Positions 17,633 through 27,463 of a DNA stretch of 50,901 bases are shown piece after piece. Position 1 is the first letter of the stretch; each line of letters opens with the position of its first letter. The stretch spans positions 1-50,901 of the forward strand of contig JBBDTI010000018.1 of NCBI GenBank assembly GCA_040904565.1. Reading direction: 5' to 3'. Made by a program: the position numbers and the translations under genes. The stretch is from Rhodothermales bacterium (GTDB taxonomy: Bacteria; Bacteroidota; Rhodothermia; Rhodothermales; VXPQ01). Under the pieces are notes generated by a model. That model saw nothing but the letters and a program-made list of their open reading frames with translations. It did no database searches and had not been told where the DNA came from.

Positions 17633-18868
17633 TTAGAGGAGCATCACGTCGGCATCGAGATCGCACTCCTCCTTCAAGGACGCCTGGACGTGATCCAGAC
17701 AGCGCGGAACGACGAACGGCTGCCCCACGACGAGCACGGCACCGCCGCGGCTGGTCACGCAGGCACCGTACATGCCGTCAATGCTCATCGCTTCAGTTTC
17801 GCGCACGATCAGGTCCACAGCCTGATTCGTACCTTTCGCGTCCTTCTGCAGGGAGGCGTGGGACATCAGGAGCAGGGCACCAAACATCTGCCAATCCCTA
17901 CGACGCACTGCACCGACCAGTTTCTGCACCCTTCGGTTTTCCGTCACAAGGTGTCGTACGATCGGCCGGTATGTACGTGGCAGCACTTCGAGCGCGGCCG
18001 CCAGATCGCGGTGCTCGAGATCGCGGAGAGAACTCAGGTTCGAGAAGGCATTCTTCTGCAGGATGGAGACGGCCTCAACAGCCACCTTTCCTATGCGCCG
18101 ATGATCGGCGCGATCGCCGATGGGTCCGGTTCCCGTATCGACCAATCCCCAGCCGAGCACGTCGGCAGGCGGGGCTTCTATCGCGATACGTTCCAGCGTT
18201 CCGGTATCCACGAGCGAGAAGTACTCGGGACGCCCCTCGTCGGCGGCCATGAGGTAGGCGATTCCGTACGGAATATCGAGACAGGAATGAATGGCATCCA
18301 ATACCAGCGATTCCGTTTCACGTGCATCCTGCGACAGCGCGAAGACGGACTGCGAAGCGCGCGCGGAGGCCATCCCCAATGCGCCGACGTAGGCATCCAT
18401 ACACGAATAGGGGACCGTACTGACGACCGATACGTCCACCTGGCCGCCCCGCGGCACGAAGTGGCGGAGGATCTGAATCACGAGGTCCACCCATTCGGGG
18501 GCCGACGCATCCGTTTTCCTGTTCTTGTCGAACGTCCACGTATCGTCGCTACCCTGGAAGATGAGGCGCGAGACGTCGTGGCGCGTCGAGCGCAGCGCCA
18601 CGGCCGTCCCCAGCGGCAGCGTGAGAAGCAGAGCAAACCCATCGAAGTAGTGGGTGTGCCCGCCGAGCAGCCCGGTACTGCCATGTGCGAATGCAGCATC
18701 GGAGCGCCCGCCGGCGAGGCCGAAACGTTCGACGAGAAGCGCCTCCGCACGCTCGGTAAGGCGGTCCGGCCGCACGAACGTCCGCTCCTGCATGCGATCC
18801 AGCGCATCCAGAAATGGCGTGACGTAGGGCGCGGCACCCGTGCGATCGCGAAGCAATTCTGACGGCAT
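17633..18868 (-). CDS. galactokinase-like GHMP family protein with degenerate catalytic motifs
   Basis: GalK-like LLGGHTHYFDG, HLVTENRRV, FGALLLMSHASL and GACVT..GG segments in the expected order; ATP-binding and catalytic motifs altered. Confidence 0.8.
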   Translation of the reverse strand: MPSELLRDRTGAAPYVTPFLDALDRMQERTFVRPDRLTERAEALLVERFGLAGGRSDAAFAHGSTGLLGGHTHYFDGFALLLTLPLGTAVALRSTRHDVSRLIFQGSDDTWTFDKNRKTDASAPEWVDLVIQILRHFVPRGGQVDVSVVSTVPYSCMDAYVGALGMASARASQSVFALSQDARETESLVLDAIHSCLDIPYGIAYLMAADEGRPEYFSLVDTGTLERIAIEAPPADVLGWGLVDTGTGPIGDRADHRRIGKVAVEAVSILQKNAFSNLSSLRDLEHRDLAAALEVLPRTYRPIVRHLVTENRRVQKLVGAVRRRDWQMFGALLLMSHASLQKDAKGTNQAVDLIVRETEAMSIDGMYGACVTSRGGAVLVVGQPFVVPRCLDHVQASLKEECDLDADVMLL

Positions 18869-19369
18869 AACGGATTACTGCGTATAGTTACGGCACGCCC
18901 GCCGGACTGGGGATGGGGATTCGGATACGTCGCAAGATGCCATCTGGATAGGGAACGAGCGGGGGGACGGCTACCGTCACGAGCAACCCGTCACGAAGGA
19001 CGGTGCGTAAAACGATTCTCTGAAGCGCTCCCACCGGACCCACGCGCAACGTTCACTCCAAACATTCAAACTCGGCACCAGTCTAATGGCTCCCACTGTC
19101 GAATGCAATGCGCTTTCGAGGTCGCTCCCGACGTGAAATCCACCGATAGGAGCGCGAGGATCGGTGCACGAACGTACGCAGCGGTTACGGATTCCCATCG
19201 ATGCGGCATCGGCCGCCGATCGGCACGGGATCTCCTCCCGCACACCGGGGTATCGATGCGCCGGATTAGTTAACGTACGTCCAGGTGCGCGACGCGTCAG
19301 TCCTTCTCATGGGACCGATCTCGAAGCGCGCGCGGCCTCGCCAACCACCACGTAGAACAGCATCCCTCC

Positions 19370-21697
19370 ATGTCTCCCTGGTCCCGCGCGGCAGTATGGA
19401 TTCTCGATCACCCACGGCCGATCTGGACTGCCATCGCCGTCGTTACGGTGTTCACGGGCCTGTTGATGGGCCGGCTCGAGATCGACCACACCGCGGGGAA
19501 TTTTGTGTCGGAGGAGGACGAGTTCGTACGCGTATTCGAAGAGACCACGGAAGTCTTCGGCCGCAGCGAGACGATCCTCTACGTCGTTTTTCACGACGTG
19601 CATCCCATCGATTCCACGTTTCTGCACCGGCTGGACACGCTTACCAGCCACGTGCAGCGGCTGCAGGGCGTGGAAAGCGTGTTGAGTCTGGCCAACGTAC
19701 CGCACCTCCGGCGGGATAACGGCAGCCTTCATACCGAAACGCTGTACCAGCCGGACCTCTCGGACGCGGCCCTCAGACTACGGTTCGACCAGGAGCCTTT
19801 CCTGAACGGCATCCTGCTGTCCGAGGATCGTTCCGCGACACTCATGATGGTGCGCATCGACCCCGTCTTCAACGCGAGCCGGGAACGGATCGATCTCGTG
19901 CATCGCGTCCACGATGCGGCCGAAGCCATGCCTGGACGGGCTGCCCTGGCCGGCTTCCCCTATCTCCGCAGTCAATACGCCGAGCGGGTTACCCGGGAAG
20001 CACCGCTCTTTACCGTCCTCGCACTCCTCATATCGCTGCTGTTCCTCTTCATCACGTTCCGCGCCAGGCGAGCGGTCGTCGTACCGACGATCATCGTTCT
20101 CCTCGGCATCGTATGGACGTTCGGATTGATGGGTCTTTTCGGCCACAAGCTGAATCTCGTGACCGCCGTGCTCCCGGCACTCATCGTGATCATCGGCATG
20201 GCGAACGCCATCCATCTCAGTACGAAGTTCTTCGACCAGTTCAGCGTGACGCAGGATCGACGCGAGGCGATCGTCGAGATGGTCCGCACGGTCGGACTCG
20301 CCACATTTCTGACGGCTCTGACGACGGCGGTCGGATTCGCCGTTCTACTGCTTTCCGGCAACCGAATCCTGATGGGATTCGGCGCCTTCGCCGCGATGGG
20401 CATCATGTTGCTGTACGTACTCTCGATTACCATCATCCCGCTCACCTATTCGCGCATGCGGCCACCCCGTGCTAATGTCAGCTCACTGGCCACGCACGAC
20501 CGATTCGGCGATTACTTCGACGCCAAGGCCCGCCTGATGAAGCGTCGCGGAGGAACGGTCATCGTAGTCGCGGCCGCCCTGGCCGTGCTGGCCGTCGTGG
20601 GGGCTACGCGCATTTCAACCGACATCTTCGTCTTTGCGGATTTCTACGAGGACGATCCGTTGCGGCAGGACCTTGCCGTTTTTGAAGAGCATTTCGGAGG
20701 CGTCCTTCCCATGGAAGTCGTTGTCGAGTCGGACCGGGAGGGCCGGTTCAAGACGCTCGCTCCGATGCGCCGCATCGAGGCGCTTCAGGACACGTTTTCG
20801 ACCTTCGATGCCGTAGGCACGTCACTCTCGGCCGTCGACCTCGTCAAGATGGGCAACCAGGCGTACTTCGGCGGGCACCCCGGCGCGTACCGGCTGCCGG
20901 CCAGCTACGAACTGCCATTCCTCCAGGAAGCGCTCGGACGCTTTATCGGCCAGGAGGCTGACACGACGTTGTTGTCGAACCTGCCCATCTTCGTCGACTC
21001 CACCTTCAGTATGACGCGCATTTATCTGGGAGTGTCCGACATCGGTACGGAGCGCATGAACGAGCTGGCCGACTCGGTAGCGACCATCGCGGAGTCGGCC
21101 TTTAGCGGTGATGAATACACCGTCTATGTGACGGGAACCGCCGTCATGTCGACCCGATCGGGAGAAAGCCTCGTCCATAACCTGATCGTCTCTCTCACGG
21201 TGGCGTTGATGATCATCTCCGTACTGATGGCGTTCCTCTTCCGGTCGATTCCATTGACGTTCATCAGCCTCGCGCCGAACATCATCCCGCTCTTACTCGT
21301 CGGCGGAGCGATGGGATATGCCGGGATCACGCTCAAGCCGTCGACCGCGCTGATCTTTTCGCTGGCCTTCGGCATCGCCGTCGACGATACGATCCACTTT
21401 CTGGCCAAATTCCGGATTCACCGGGACGAGGGGGACGCGAGGGACGAGGCTATCCGAAAAACGCTGCGAGAAACGGGGAAAGCGATTCTCTTTACGTCGC
21501 TTATCCTGATGAGCGGCTTCCTGGTCTTTACGCTGTCCAGCTTCGGAGGAACCGTCACGATGGGAGCGCTCACCGCACTGACGCTCGGCGTGGCGCTGGT
21601 CGCCAATCTCTTCCTTCTGCCGGCCTTGCTCTTCCGCTACGGTCCGGACGAGCACCGTCGCACGGCCTCGCATGTGGACCGGCCGTCCGAAACGTGA
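19370..21697 (+). CDS. MMPL/RND family transporter
   Basis: 775 aa with two repeats of TM + periplasmic loop + 5 TM; GIAVDDTIHF motif; TT.VGF..L and G.AI..TS.IL..GF patterns. Confidence 0.9.
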   Translation: MSPWSRAAVWILDHPRPIWTAIAVVTVFTGLLMGRLEIDHTAGNFVSEEDEFVRVFEETTEVFGRSETILYVVFHDVHPIDSTFLHRLDTLTSHVQRLQGVESVLSLANVPHLRRDNGSLHTETLYQPDLSDAALRLRFDQEPFLNGILLSEDRSATLMMVRIDPVFNASRERIDLVHRVHDAAEAMPGRAALAGFPYLRSQYAERVTREAPLFTVLALLISLLFLFITFRARRAVVVPTIIVLLGIVWTFGLMGLFGHKLNLVTAVLPALIVIIGMANAIHLSTKFFDQFSVTQDRREAIVEMVRTVGLATFLTALTTAVGFAVLLLSGNRILMGFGAFAAMGIMLLYVLSITIIPLTYSRMRPPRANVSSLATHDRFGDYFDAKARLMKRRGGTVIVVAAALAVLAVVGATRISTDIFVFADFYEDDPLRQDLAVFEEHFGGVLPMEVVVESDREGRFKTLAPMRRIEALQDTFSTFDAVGTSLSAVDLVKMGNQAYFGGHPGAYRLPASYELPFLQEALGRFIGQEADTTLLSNLPIFVDSTFSMTRIYLGVSDIGTERMNELADSVATIAESAFSGDEYTVYVTGTAVMSTRSGESLVHNLIVSLTVALMIISVLMAFLFRSIPLTFISLAPNIIPLLLVGGAMGYAGITLKPSTALIFSLAFGIAVDDTIHFLAKFRIHRDEGDARDEAIRKTLRETGKAILFTSLILMSGFLVFTLSSFGGTVTMGALTALTLGVALVANLFLLPALLFRYGPDEHRRTASHVDRPSET

Positions 21698-21796
21698 GCG
21701 ACGTTTGATCTGCCGGCCACCGTACGCTGTGCATCACACGGTGAGCCACTGGCAAGAATCACACGCAAACCGTTGACGAGCCCGTGCAGAAGCTTC

Positions 21797-22738
21797 TTAC
21801 CCCAGACGATCGCCGACGCGCAACGAGTACCCATTGAGAAAGTCGATCGCGGAGAGGCGCCGGCTTCCCGCCTGCTGCAGTTCGATCAGTTCGACGGCGC
21901 CCGTCCCGCAGGCCACGACGAGGCGTCCCTCAGCTTCCACCACCTCGCCGGGCGACCCGTCGAAGCGTTCCGGGCCAGACCCCTCATCCGGCATACGCGA
22001 GCGATAGACCTTCAGAAGCGTGTCGCCGTGCCGCGTCCAGGCGCCGGGATAGGGAGAGAGCCCGCGTATCTGATCGTGCACGGCACGGGCCGGACGGTCC
22101 CAATCGATCCGGCAGTCTTCTCGATGAATCTTTGGCGCCGGCGTCGCCGCCGCATCGTCCTGCGGGTGCGTCTTCACCGCACCCCGTTCGATCAGCCGGA
22201 CCGTTTCCACGACGGCCTCGGCACCCAGCTCCATCATCCGGTCGTGTACGTCGCCCGCCGTCTCGTCGGGCCCGATAGGCATCGATTTCTGAAGGATGAT
22301 GTGCCCGGTATCGACGGCTTCCTTCAGAAAAAACGTCGTAACGCCCGTTTCGGTCTCCCCGTTCATGACGGCGTGATTGATCGGCGCGGCGCCCCGGAAT
22401 TTCGGGAGCAGGGACCCGTGGAGGTTAAAGGCTCCCTTTCGGGCGGCCGTGAATACGTCGGGAGGGAGGATGCGAAATGCCACGACCACGATCACGTCCG
22501 GGTCGAGCGCTCGAACCTCCTCGGCGAACGCCGGCTCCTTGACGGACTCCGGCTGGAGAATCGTATCGACGCCAAGGCGCAGGGCCGCCTTCTTTACCGG
22601 CGTGGGCGTTATCCGCTGTCCACGCCCACGCGGCTTGTCTGGGCCGGTTACGACCGCAACGGGCGTATAGCCCGATTCAGCGAGGCGCTCGAGCGACGGC
22701 ACGGCAAAGTCCGGCGTGCCCATAAAAACGATGCGCAT
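21797..22738 (-). CDS. fmt: methionyl-tRNA formyltransferase
   Basis: MRIVFMGTPDFAV, PD.PRGRG, NLHGSLLPKFRGAAPI, D.G.I, IRGLSP.PGAW; start at ATG 22738. Confidence 0.96.
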   Translation of the reverse strand: MRIVFMGTPDFAVPSLERLAESGYTPVAVVTGPDKPRGRGQRITPTPVKKAALRLGVDTILQPESVKEPAFAEEVRALDPDVIVVVAFRILPPDVFTAARKGAFNLHGSLLPKFRGAAPINHAVMNGETETGVTTFFLKEAVDTGHIILQKSMPIGPDETAGDVHDRMMELGAEAVVETVRLIERGAVKTHPQDDAAATPAPKIHREDCRIDWDRPARAVHDQIRGLSPYPGAWTRHGDTLLKVYRSRMPDEGSGPERFDGSPGEVVEAEGRLVVACGTGAVELIELQQAGSRRLSAIDFLNGYSLRVGDRLG

Positions 22739-22866
22739 GGCCGTGGAATGATTGTCGGTACGCGTAGGAATGACCAGCATAAACAAAAACGGGATGCCTC
22801 ACGTGGAAGCATCCCGAAATGGCAGACCCACCGTGACCGTCACAGCGTAACGCCTGGACGGTACCA

Positions 22867-24210
22867 CTATCGCAACCGGGTGCGATCGTCCCAGTACGGC
22901 ACGAGCAGCTCGTAATCACCCAGACCCGTATCGTCGATAAAGACGAACCGGCGACCGATGCGATAATAGTACCAGACCTCGTACGGCTTCACGTTGAAAT
23001 TGAAGGGATGGCGATCGACGTGATCGGGCTCGCCGAAGAGTACCATCACCTGGCCCCGGTCCGTCTGCCAGCCGTTCCCGAAATTACCGTACTCGCTGTT
23101 GGCGTACGCAATGCGATAGTAGTATTCCTCCATTCGCTCGTTGCGTTCGGAATTCGGCGTCGGATCGCGGCGATCCCAAAACTCTCGGAACCGGGCGAGG
23201 CGCTCCTGCTCCGTACGACCGGAGCGGATATATTCCAGGTCGTTCCTTTTCGCAATGTAGGACAGCTGATCGATGGCCGCGTCGAGGTCGCGCACATGTT
23301 CGGCGAGGCCTGTCCACTGGAGGGTTACCGCCCGCTCCGCACGATCCAGCTCGTTGCCGGAGAGGTCTTCCACGATGACGCGCGCTACGTAGTCCCCGAC
23401 CTCCAGACTTCTGATCGGAATCTCGACGACGTACTGGTTGCGACCCGAGCGAACGGTTTGCGGAAGCGTCTCCTGATACGAAATTTCCGCATCAGAGAGA
23501 TCATCGCCGGCACCAAAGCCCAGAAGCGACTTGACGGAGGGGAGCCCGCTGCTCCTTGGTATGTGAGCCATCTCACGCCGAATGCGCACTTCCCGATTCG
23601 CGTCCGCGTAGATTTCGTAGAACAGTTTGAACTGATCCTGATCGCTCCCGACACGGCTGCTGACGGTCGGTGTAATGCTGTTGGCCCCGGCGTCGTACGC
23701 ATCGATAAGGATCAGATCGCTCAGGGCAAACGAACGGCTCAGATCGCGGACCCGAATAGGAAGCTCCTTCACAAACGAACGGTTCGACGCCTGGTCATCC
23801 ACCTGAAACTCAAGGAGATACCGGCCCGGGACAAGCTCCAGTGACTGGATCGTTCGATCGAAGAGTTGATCTGTCTGCGTCTGGGCAAAATCGGCCGCCC
23901 GCACCTCCTGCTCGAATATCCGCGACTGCACCAGGTTGCCGCCTCTATCCTCGCCTTCCAGCTCGTGGACGCCGATCGTTACCTCGTATCTCGCCTCAAA
24001 CGCATTGTTGGTAGCGAGAAATCGAAGCGAGGAATAAGGTACCCGCGTGTATACGTCCACGCGCGTCGCCTCCACATCCGTACTGCTGCGAGCGCTGACC
24101 GCATCCACCTCTAGGTCGGGAGCAGCAGCTTGCCCGAAGGCGGACGGTAGAGCTAGCAGAGACAGCATGCCGATCAACCACAGCGCGACACTACGTCGAA
24201 CCCACATCAT
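22867..24210 (-). CDS. GWxTD domain-containing exported protein
   Basis: Signal-peptide-like N-terminus (MMWVRRSVALWLIG...AFG); C-terminal FW.RRDPTP...NE.MEEYY.RI.YAN..Y....GWQTDRG.V..LFGEP. Confidence 0.88.
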   Translation of the reverse strand: MMWVRRSVALWLIGMLSLLALPSAFGQAAAPDLEVDAVSARSSTDVEATRVDVYTRVPYSSLRFLATNNAFEARYEVTIGVHELEGEDRGGNLVQSRIFEQEVRAADFAQTQTDQLFDRTIQSLELVPGRYLLEFQVDDQASNRSFVKELPIRVRDLSRSFALSDLILIDAYDAGANSITPTVSSRVGSDQDQFKLFYEIYADANREVRIRREMAHIPRSSGLPSVKSLLGFGAGDDLSDAEISYQETLPQTVRSGRNQYVVEIPIRSLEVGDYVARVIVEDLSGNELDRAERAVTLQWTGLAEHVRDLDAAIDQLSYIAKRNDLEYIRSGRTEQERLARFREFWDRRDPTPNSERNERMEEYYYRIAYANSEYGNFGNGWQTDRGQVMVLFGEPDHVDRHPFNFNVKPYEVWYYYRIGRRFVFIDDTGLGDYELLVPYWDDRTRLR

Positions 24211-24423
24211 GTCGTCGCAACGTACCATACCGTTTCCATGAGTACCGTTGTACATGCCCGTTAGGTCGTGATGCGAAGATCCGAGAAGACGTCGCAAATC
24301 GCCAGTTTTAATATCGCGAATCCACCGTACGATCTCCACGTGGCGTCTCTGTATCGTAGAAATCGCGCCGCGAACGGTCCGGAAGGCGGACTGAGTCGCA
24401 AGCGTCCATATTCGATCCCCGCT

Positions 24424-25380
24424 TTAACCGAACATGGCTTCCACGAAGGAGCGCCGGTCGAAGATCTGGAGATCCTCGATCCGCTCGCCCACACCTATAT
24501 ATTTTACGGGTATCTGGAACTCATTTGAAATACCAATCACAATGCCCCCTTTCGCAGTCCCGTCCAGTTTGGTGACGGCGAGCCCGCTCACCTCGACGCT
24601 GCGCGTAAACTCCTCCGCCTGTCGGATCGCATTCTGTCCGGTCGACGCGTCGAGCACGAGGAGTACTTCGTGGGGCGCCTCGTCGATCTGCTTGGACATG
24701 ACGCGTTTAATTTTTGAGAGTTCATCCATCAGTCCCCCACGCGTGTGGAGGCGGCCCGCCGTATCGATGATCGCTACGTCCGTGCCGCGCGTCTTCGCCG
24801 AGGCGACGGTATCGAACGCTACGGCGGCGGGATCCGCGCCCTGCTTCTGCTTGATGATGGGGACGTCGGCTCGCTCCGCCCAGATCGATAACTGCTCGAC
24901 GGCGGCGGCGCGAAACGTGTCGGCCGCACCGAGGAGGACGGATTTGCCAGCCAGCCGGTAGCGATAGGCCATCTTACCGATCGTGGTCGTCTTTCCGACG
25001 CCGTTTACACCCACCACCATAATGACGTGGGGCCTGTTGGGCAGCGGGGCGTCGAAATCGGCCGGACGGTCGGGTGCGTTGGTGAGCATGAGACGCGAAA
25101 TCTCGTCTCGTATAAGCCCGATCAACTCGCGTGTCGAGACGTATTTCTCCTCGGCGACGCGTTCTTCGACCCGCCGTATGATCTCGAGCGTCGTCGAGAC
25201 CCCGACGTCACTCGTGACGAGCGCCTCCTCCAGATCGTCGAGGACTTCGTCGTCTACCGTGTCCTTGCCGCGCACGACGCGACTGAGCTTGCCCAGGAAG
25301 CTGTCCTTGGTCTTCTCCAGACCCCCCTCGAGCTGTTCCTTTTGCTCTTCCTTGGATGTAAAGCTGTCGAAAAAACCCAT
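24424..25380 (-). CDS. ftsY: SRP receptor FtsY
   Basis: GVNGVGKTT, DTFRAAA, DTAGR, DASTGQN, TKLDGTAKGG, GVGE..EDL. Confidence 0.97.
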   Translation of the reverse strand: MGFFDSFTSKEEQKEQLEGGLEKTKDSFLGKLSRVVRGKDTVDDEVLDDLEEALVTSDVGVSTTLEIIRRVEERVAEEKYVSTRELIGLIRDEISRLMLTNAPDRPADFDAPLPNRPHVIMVVGVNGVGKTTTIGKMAYRYRLAGKSVLLGAADTFRAAAVEQLSIWAERADVPIIKQKQGADPAAVAFDTVASAKTRGTDVAIIDTAGRLHTRGGLMDELSKIKRVMSKQIDEAPHEVLLVLDASTGQNAIRQAEEFTRSVEVSGLAVTKLDGTAKGGIVIGISNEFQIPVKYIGVGERIEDLQIFDRRSFVEAMFG

Positions 25381-25425
25381 CTATCTTAAACCTGAATGAT
25401 GTAATGCATCAATGGGACGTCTCGG

Positions 25426-26061
25426 TTAGTCCGTCTCCGCCCGAAAACCGTCGCCCCGGCCCGGCTCCGTCCGCATGTCGGGCAGGCGTCCGGCGTGCAT
25501 GAGGCGGACGAACCGTATACCATAAAGCAAGAACGAGTAGACCATGAGTCCGGCCGTAATCCACACGCAGTACCGGATCAGGGGCGGATCGGCCCGTAGC
25601 AGGGCCGCCAGGACGGTCAGCGAGAGCGCCGTGACGGCGATCTTCCCCATCAAACCGCTCATCACGACGTGGCCCGTGCGCCGTGCGAGCACGACCCCGC
25701 CGAGAACGATGAGGGCGTCGCGCACAACGAGCAGGGTGAGAAACCACGTCGGCAGCGAGCCGCGGACGACGAGCGCCATCACGATGGCCACGCCGGCTAT
25801 CTTATCGGCCAACGGATCCAGCACCTTTCCCCACTCCGACACGGTGCTCGACCATCGGGCGATCCGGCCGTCGAACCAGTCTGTCACGAGTGCGAGTCCG
25901 ATGAGGCCGAAAAGCCAGCCCATCGGACCGTCCGTCAGAATAAGGTACGTGATGGGCACGACCAGCAGCAGCCGGATCATGCTCAACATGTTTGCCAGCG
26001 TCCAGAAACGCCCGAGCAATCGTAGAAGCTCGACGCTATGGGCGAACTGCTGCTTGGCCAT
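25426..26061 (-). CDS. CDP-alcohol phosphatidyltransferase (PgsA-like)
   Basis: N.LS.IR and D..DGRIAR......G..LDPLADK family signature; multiple TM helices. Confidence 0.92.
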   Translation of the reverse strand: MAKQQFAHSVELLRLLGRFWTLANMLSMIRLLLVVPITYLILTDGPMGWLFGLIGLALVTDWFDGRIARWSSTVSEWGKVLDPLADKIAGVAIVMALVVRGSLPTWFLTLLVVRDALIVLGGVVLARRTGHVVMSGLMGKIAVTALSLTVLAALLRADPPLIRYCVWITAGLMVYSFLLYGIRFVRLMHAGRLPDMRTEPGRGDGFRAETD

Positions 26062-26312
26062 GCTGAAACAGAATCTTCGAGTCTAGGTGCGCCGACAGGC
26101 GCCTGTCGAGGCAAGTCCGACGTCTGCGCACCGGTTCAACGGGGCAACAGAATACGCACGATCGCTTCAATGGTTTGCATCGGCCCCCGGCCGGCATCCG
26201 GCACCGCGTGCGCCAGGCCGTGAAGGTGTTCGTGCGACACCGTACCTTGGCCGCAAAACTCGGACCCTTGTAGCCCCTGCCGACCATCCGTCTGACGTAC
26301 TTCTTCCTCATA

Positions 26313-27359
26313 GTGCTGGGCGTCCAGTGCGCCTACTGGATCGCCCTCCGCATCGGATTCCGACACGCGGCGCGGCGGACGAACGACGGGGGCACCCTTG
26401 CGCCGCTTACCGTCGTCGTCGCAGCACGCAACGAGGAGACCCGACTCCCCGTACTGCTCGACGGCCTCGAGAAGCAAACCCACCCGAATTTCGAGGTCAT
26501 CGTCGTCGACGACGGTTCGATCGACCGCACGGCCGGCGTCGTGGACGCTCGACGGCCACCGTATCGACTCCGGCTCATCCGGCACGAAGGAGGCAACAAG
26601 AAACGTGCGCTCAGCCGGGGCATCGAAGCCGCCGAACACGACCTGCTGGCGCTGACCGATGCCGACTGCGAGCCGCCGCCGGGCTGGCTGGCATCTCTCG
26701 CCCGTGCCCATACGGCGGCGGAGAATCCCTCGGTCTTGATCGGTTACAGCCCGTTTCGACGTGGGACCGGGAGCCTTATGCAGCGCCTCGCCTGTTTCGA
26801 AACCTTCGTAACCGGCTTTCTCACGGCGGCTGCCGCCGGCCTCGATCGGCCGTACATGGCGGTCGGACGCAACATCAGCTACCCGCGGCACGTCTTCCGG
26901 AAGGTCGACGGCTTCGAGCCCATCATGCATTCGCTCAGCGGCGACGACGACCTGCTGGTCCAGGAGATCGTACGCCGCTCCGCGGCCGACGTCCGCGCCC
27001 TCCTCGATCCTGAATCGTTCGTCCCAACGGCGCCCCCTGCCACGTGGAAGGAATGGCTGCGCCAGAAACGTCGACATGCCTCGGCCGGGCGCCACTATCC
27101 GCCGGGCATCCAGGCGCATCTGACGCTCTTTCACGGTACCAACCTGCTCACGTGGCTGGCTCCCGTCTTTCTCGGGTGGATGGGAACCGCCCTGCTCGTC
27201 CTCCGGCTGGCGGTGCAGTTCGGCGCCCTCGCCGAGGGCGCGCGGCGCCTGGGAGAAGAACGCCTCCTTTCTGCCCTACCGGTCCTGGATCTCCTCTACG
27301 TGCTCTACAACACGGTGGTCGCTCCTCTCGCCCTTCTGTTTCAACCGCGGAAGTGGTGA
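26313..27359 (+). CDS. GT2 family glycosyltransferase (membrane-anchored)
   Basis: VVAARNEE, VDDGS.D.T, KKRAL, TDADC, SGDDDL, QKRRH; C-terminal TMs. The start may lie slightly upstream. Confidence 0.9.
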   Translation: MLGVQCAYWIALRIGFRHAARRTNDGGTLAPLTVVVAARNEETRLPVLLDGLEKQTHPNFEVIVVDDGSIDRTAGVVDARRPPYRLRLIRHEGGNKKRALSRGIEAAEHDLLALTDADCEPPPGWLASLARAHTAAENPSVLIGYSPFRRGTGSLMQRLACFETFVTGFLTAAAAGLDRPYMAVGRNISYPRHVFRKVDGFEPIMHSLSGDDDLLVQEIVRRSAADVRALLDPESFVPTAPPATWKEWLRQKRRHASAGRHYPPGIQAHLTLFHGTNLLTWLAPVFLGWMGTALLVLRLAVQFGALAEGARRLGEERLLSALPVLDLLYVLYNTVVAPLALLFQPRKW

Positions 27360-27463
27360 CGAGCCTCGTCTCCGAGGCCTTCGGGTGCTGGAACCGGCAG
27401 CACGGCAATGTGACACGGAATCCGCGACCGGCGCGCAGCGAGCTGCGCCCGATGCGCTCAAAC

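Noticed and set aside
17438-18862. Long antisense ORFs (this one, also 21773-22915, 28719-29840, 34990-36183, 49427-50632)
   Set aside because: Shadow frames of real genes caused by GC-rich codon bias; no recognisable motifs.
21700-21790. Irregular hairpin between the convergent MMPL and fmt genes
   Set aside because: No U-tract and many bulges; at most a transcript-end structure.
24376-24386. GGTCCGGAAGG next to ftsY, resembling SRP RNA helix 8
   Set aside because: The flanking CAGG and AGCAG internal-loop nucleotides are absent (ACGG and CGGAC instead) and no long enclosing hairpin is evident. A cmsearch with the bacterial SRP model would settle it.
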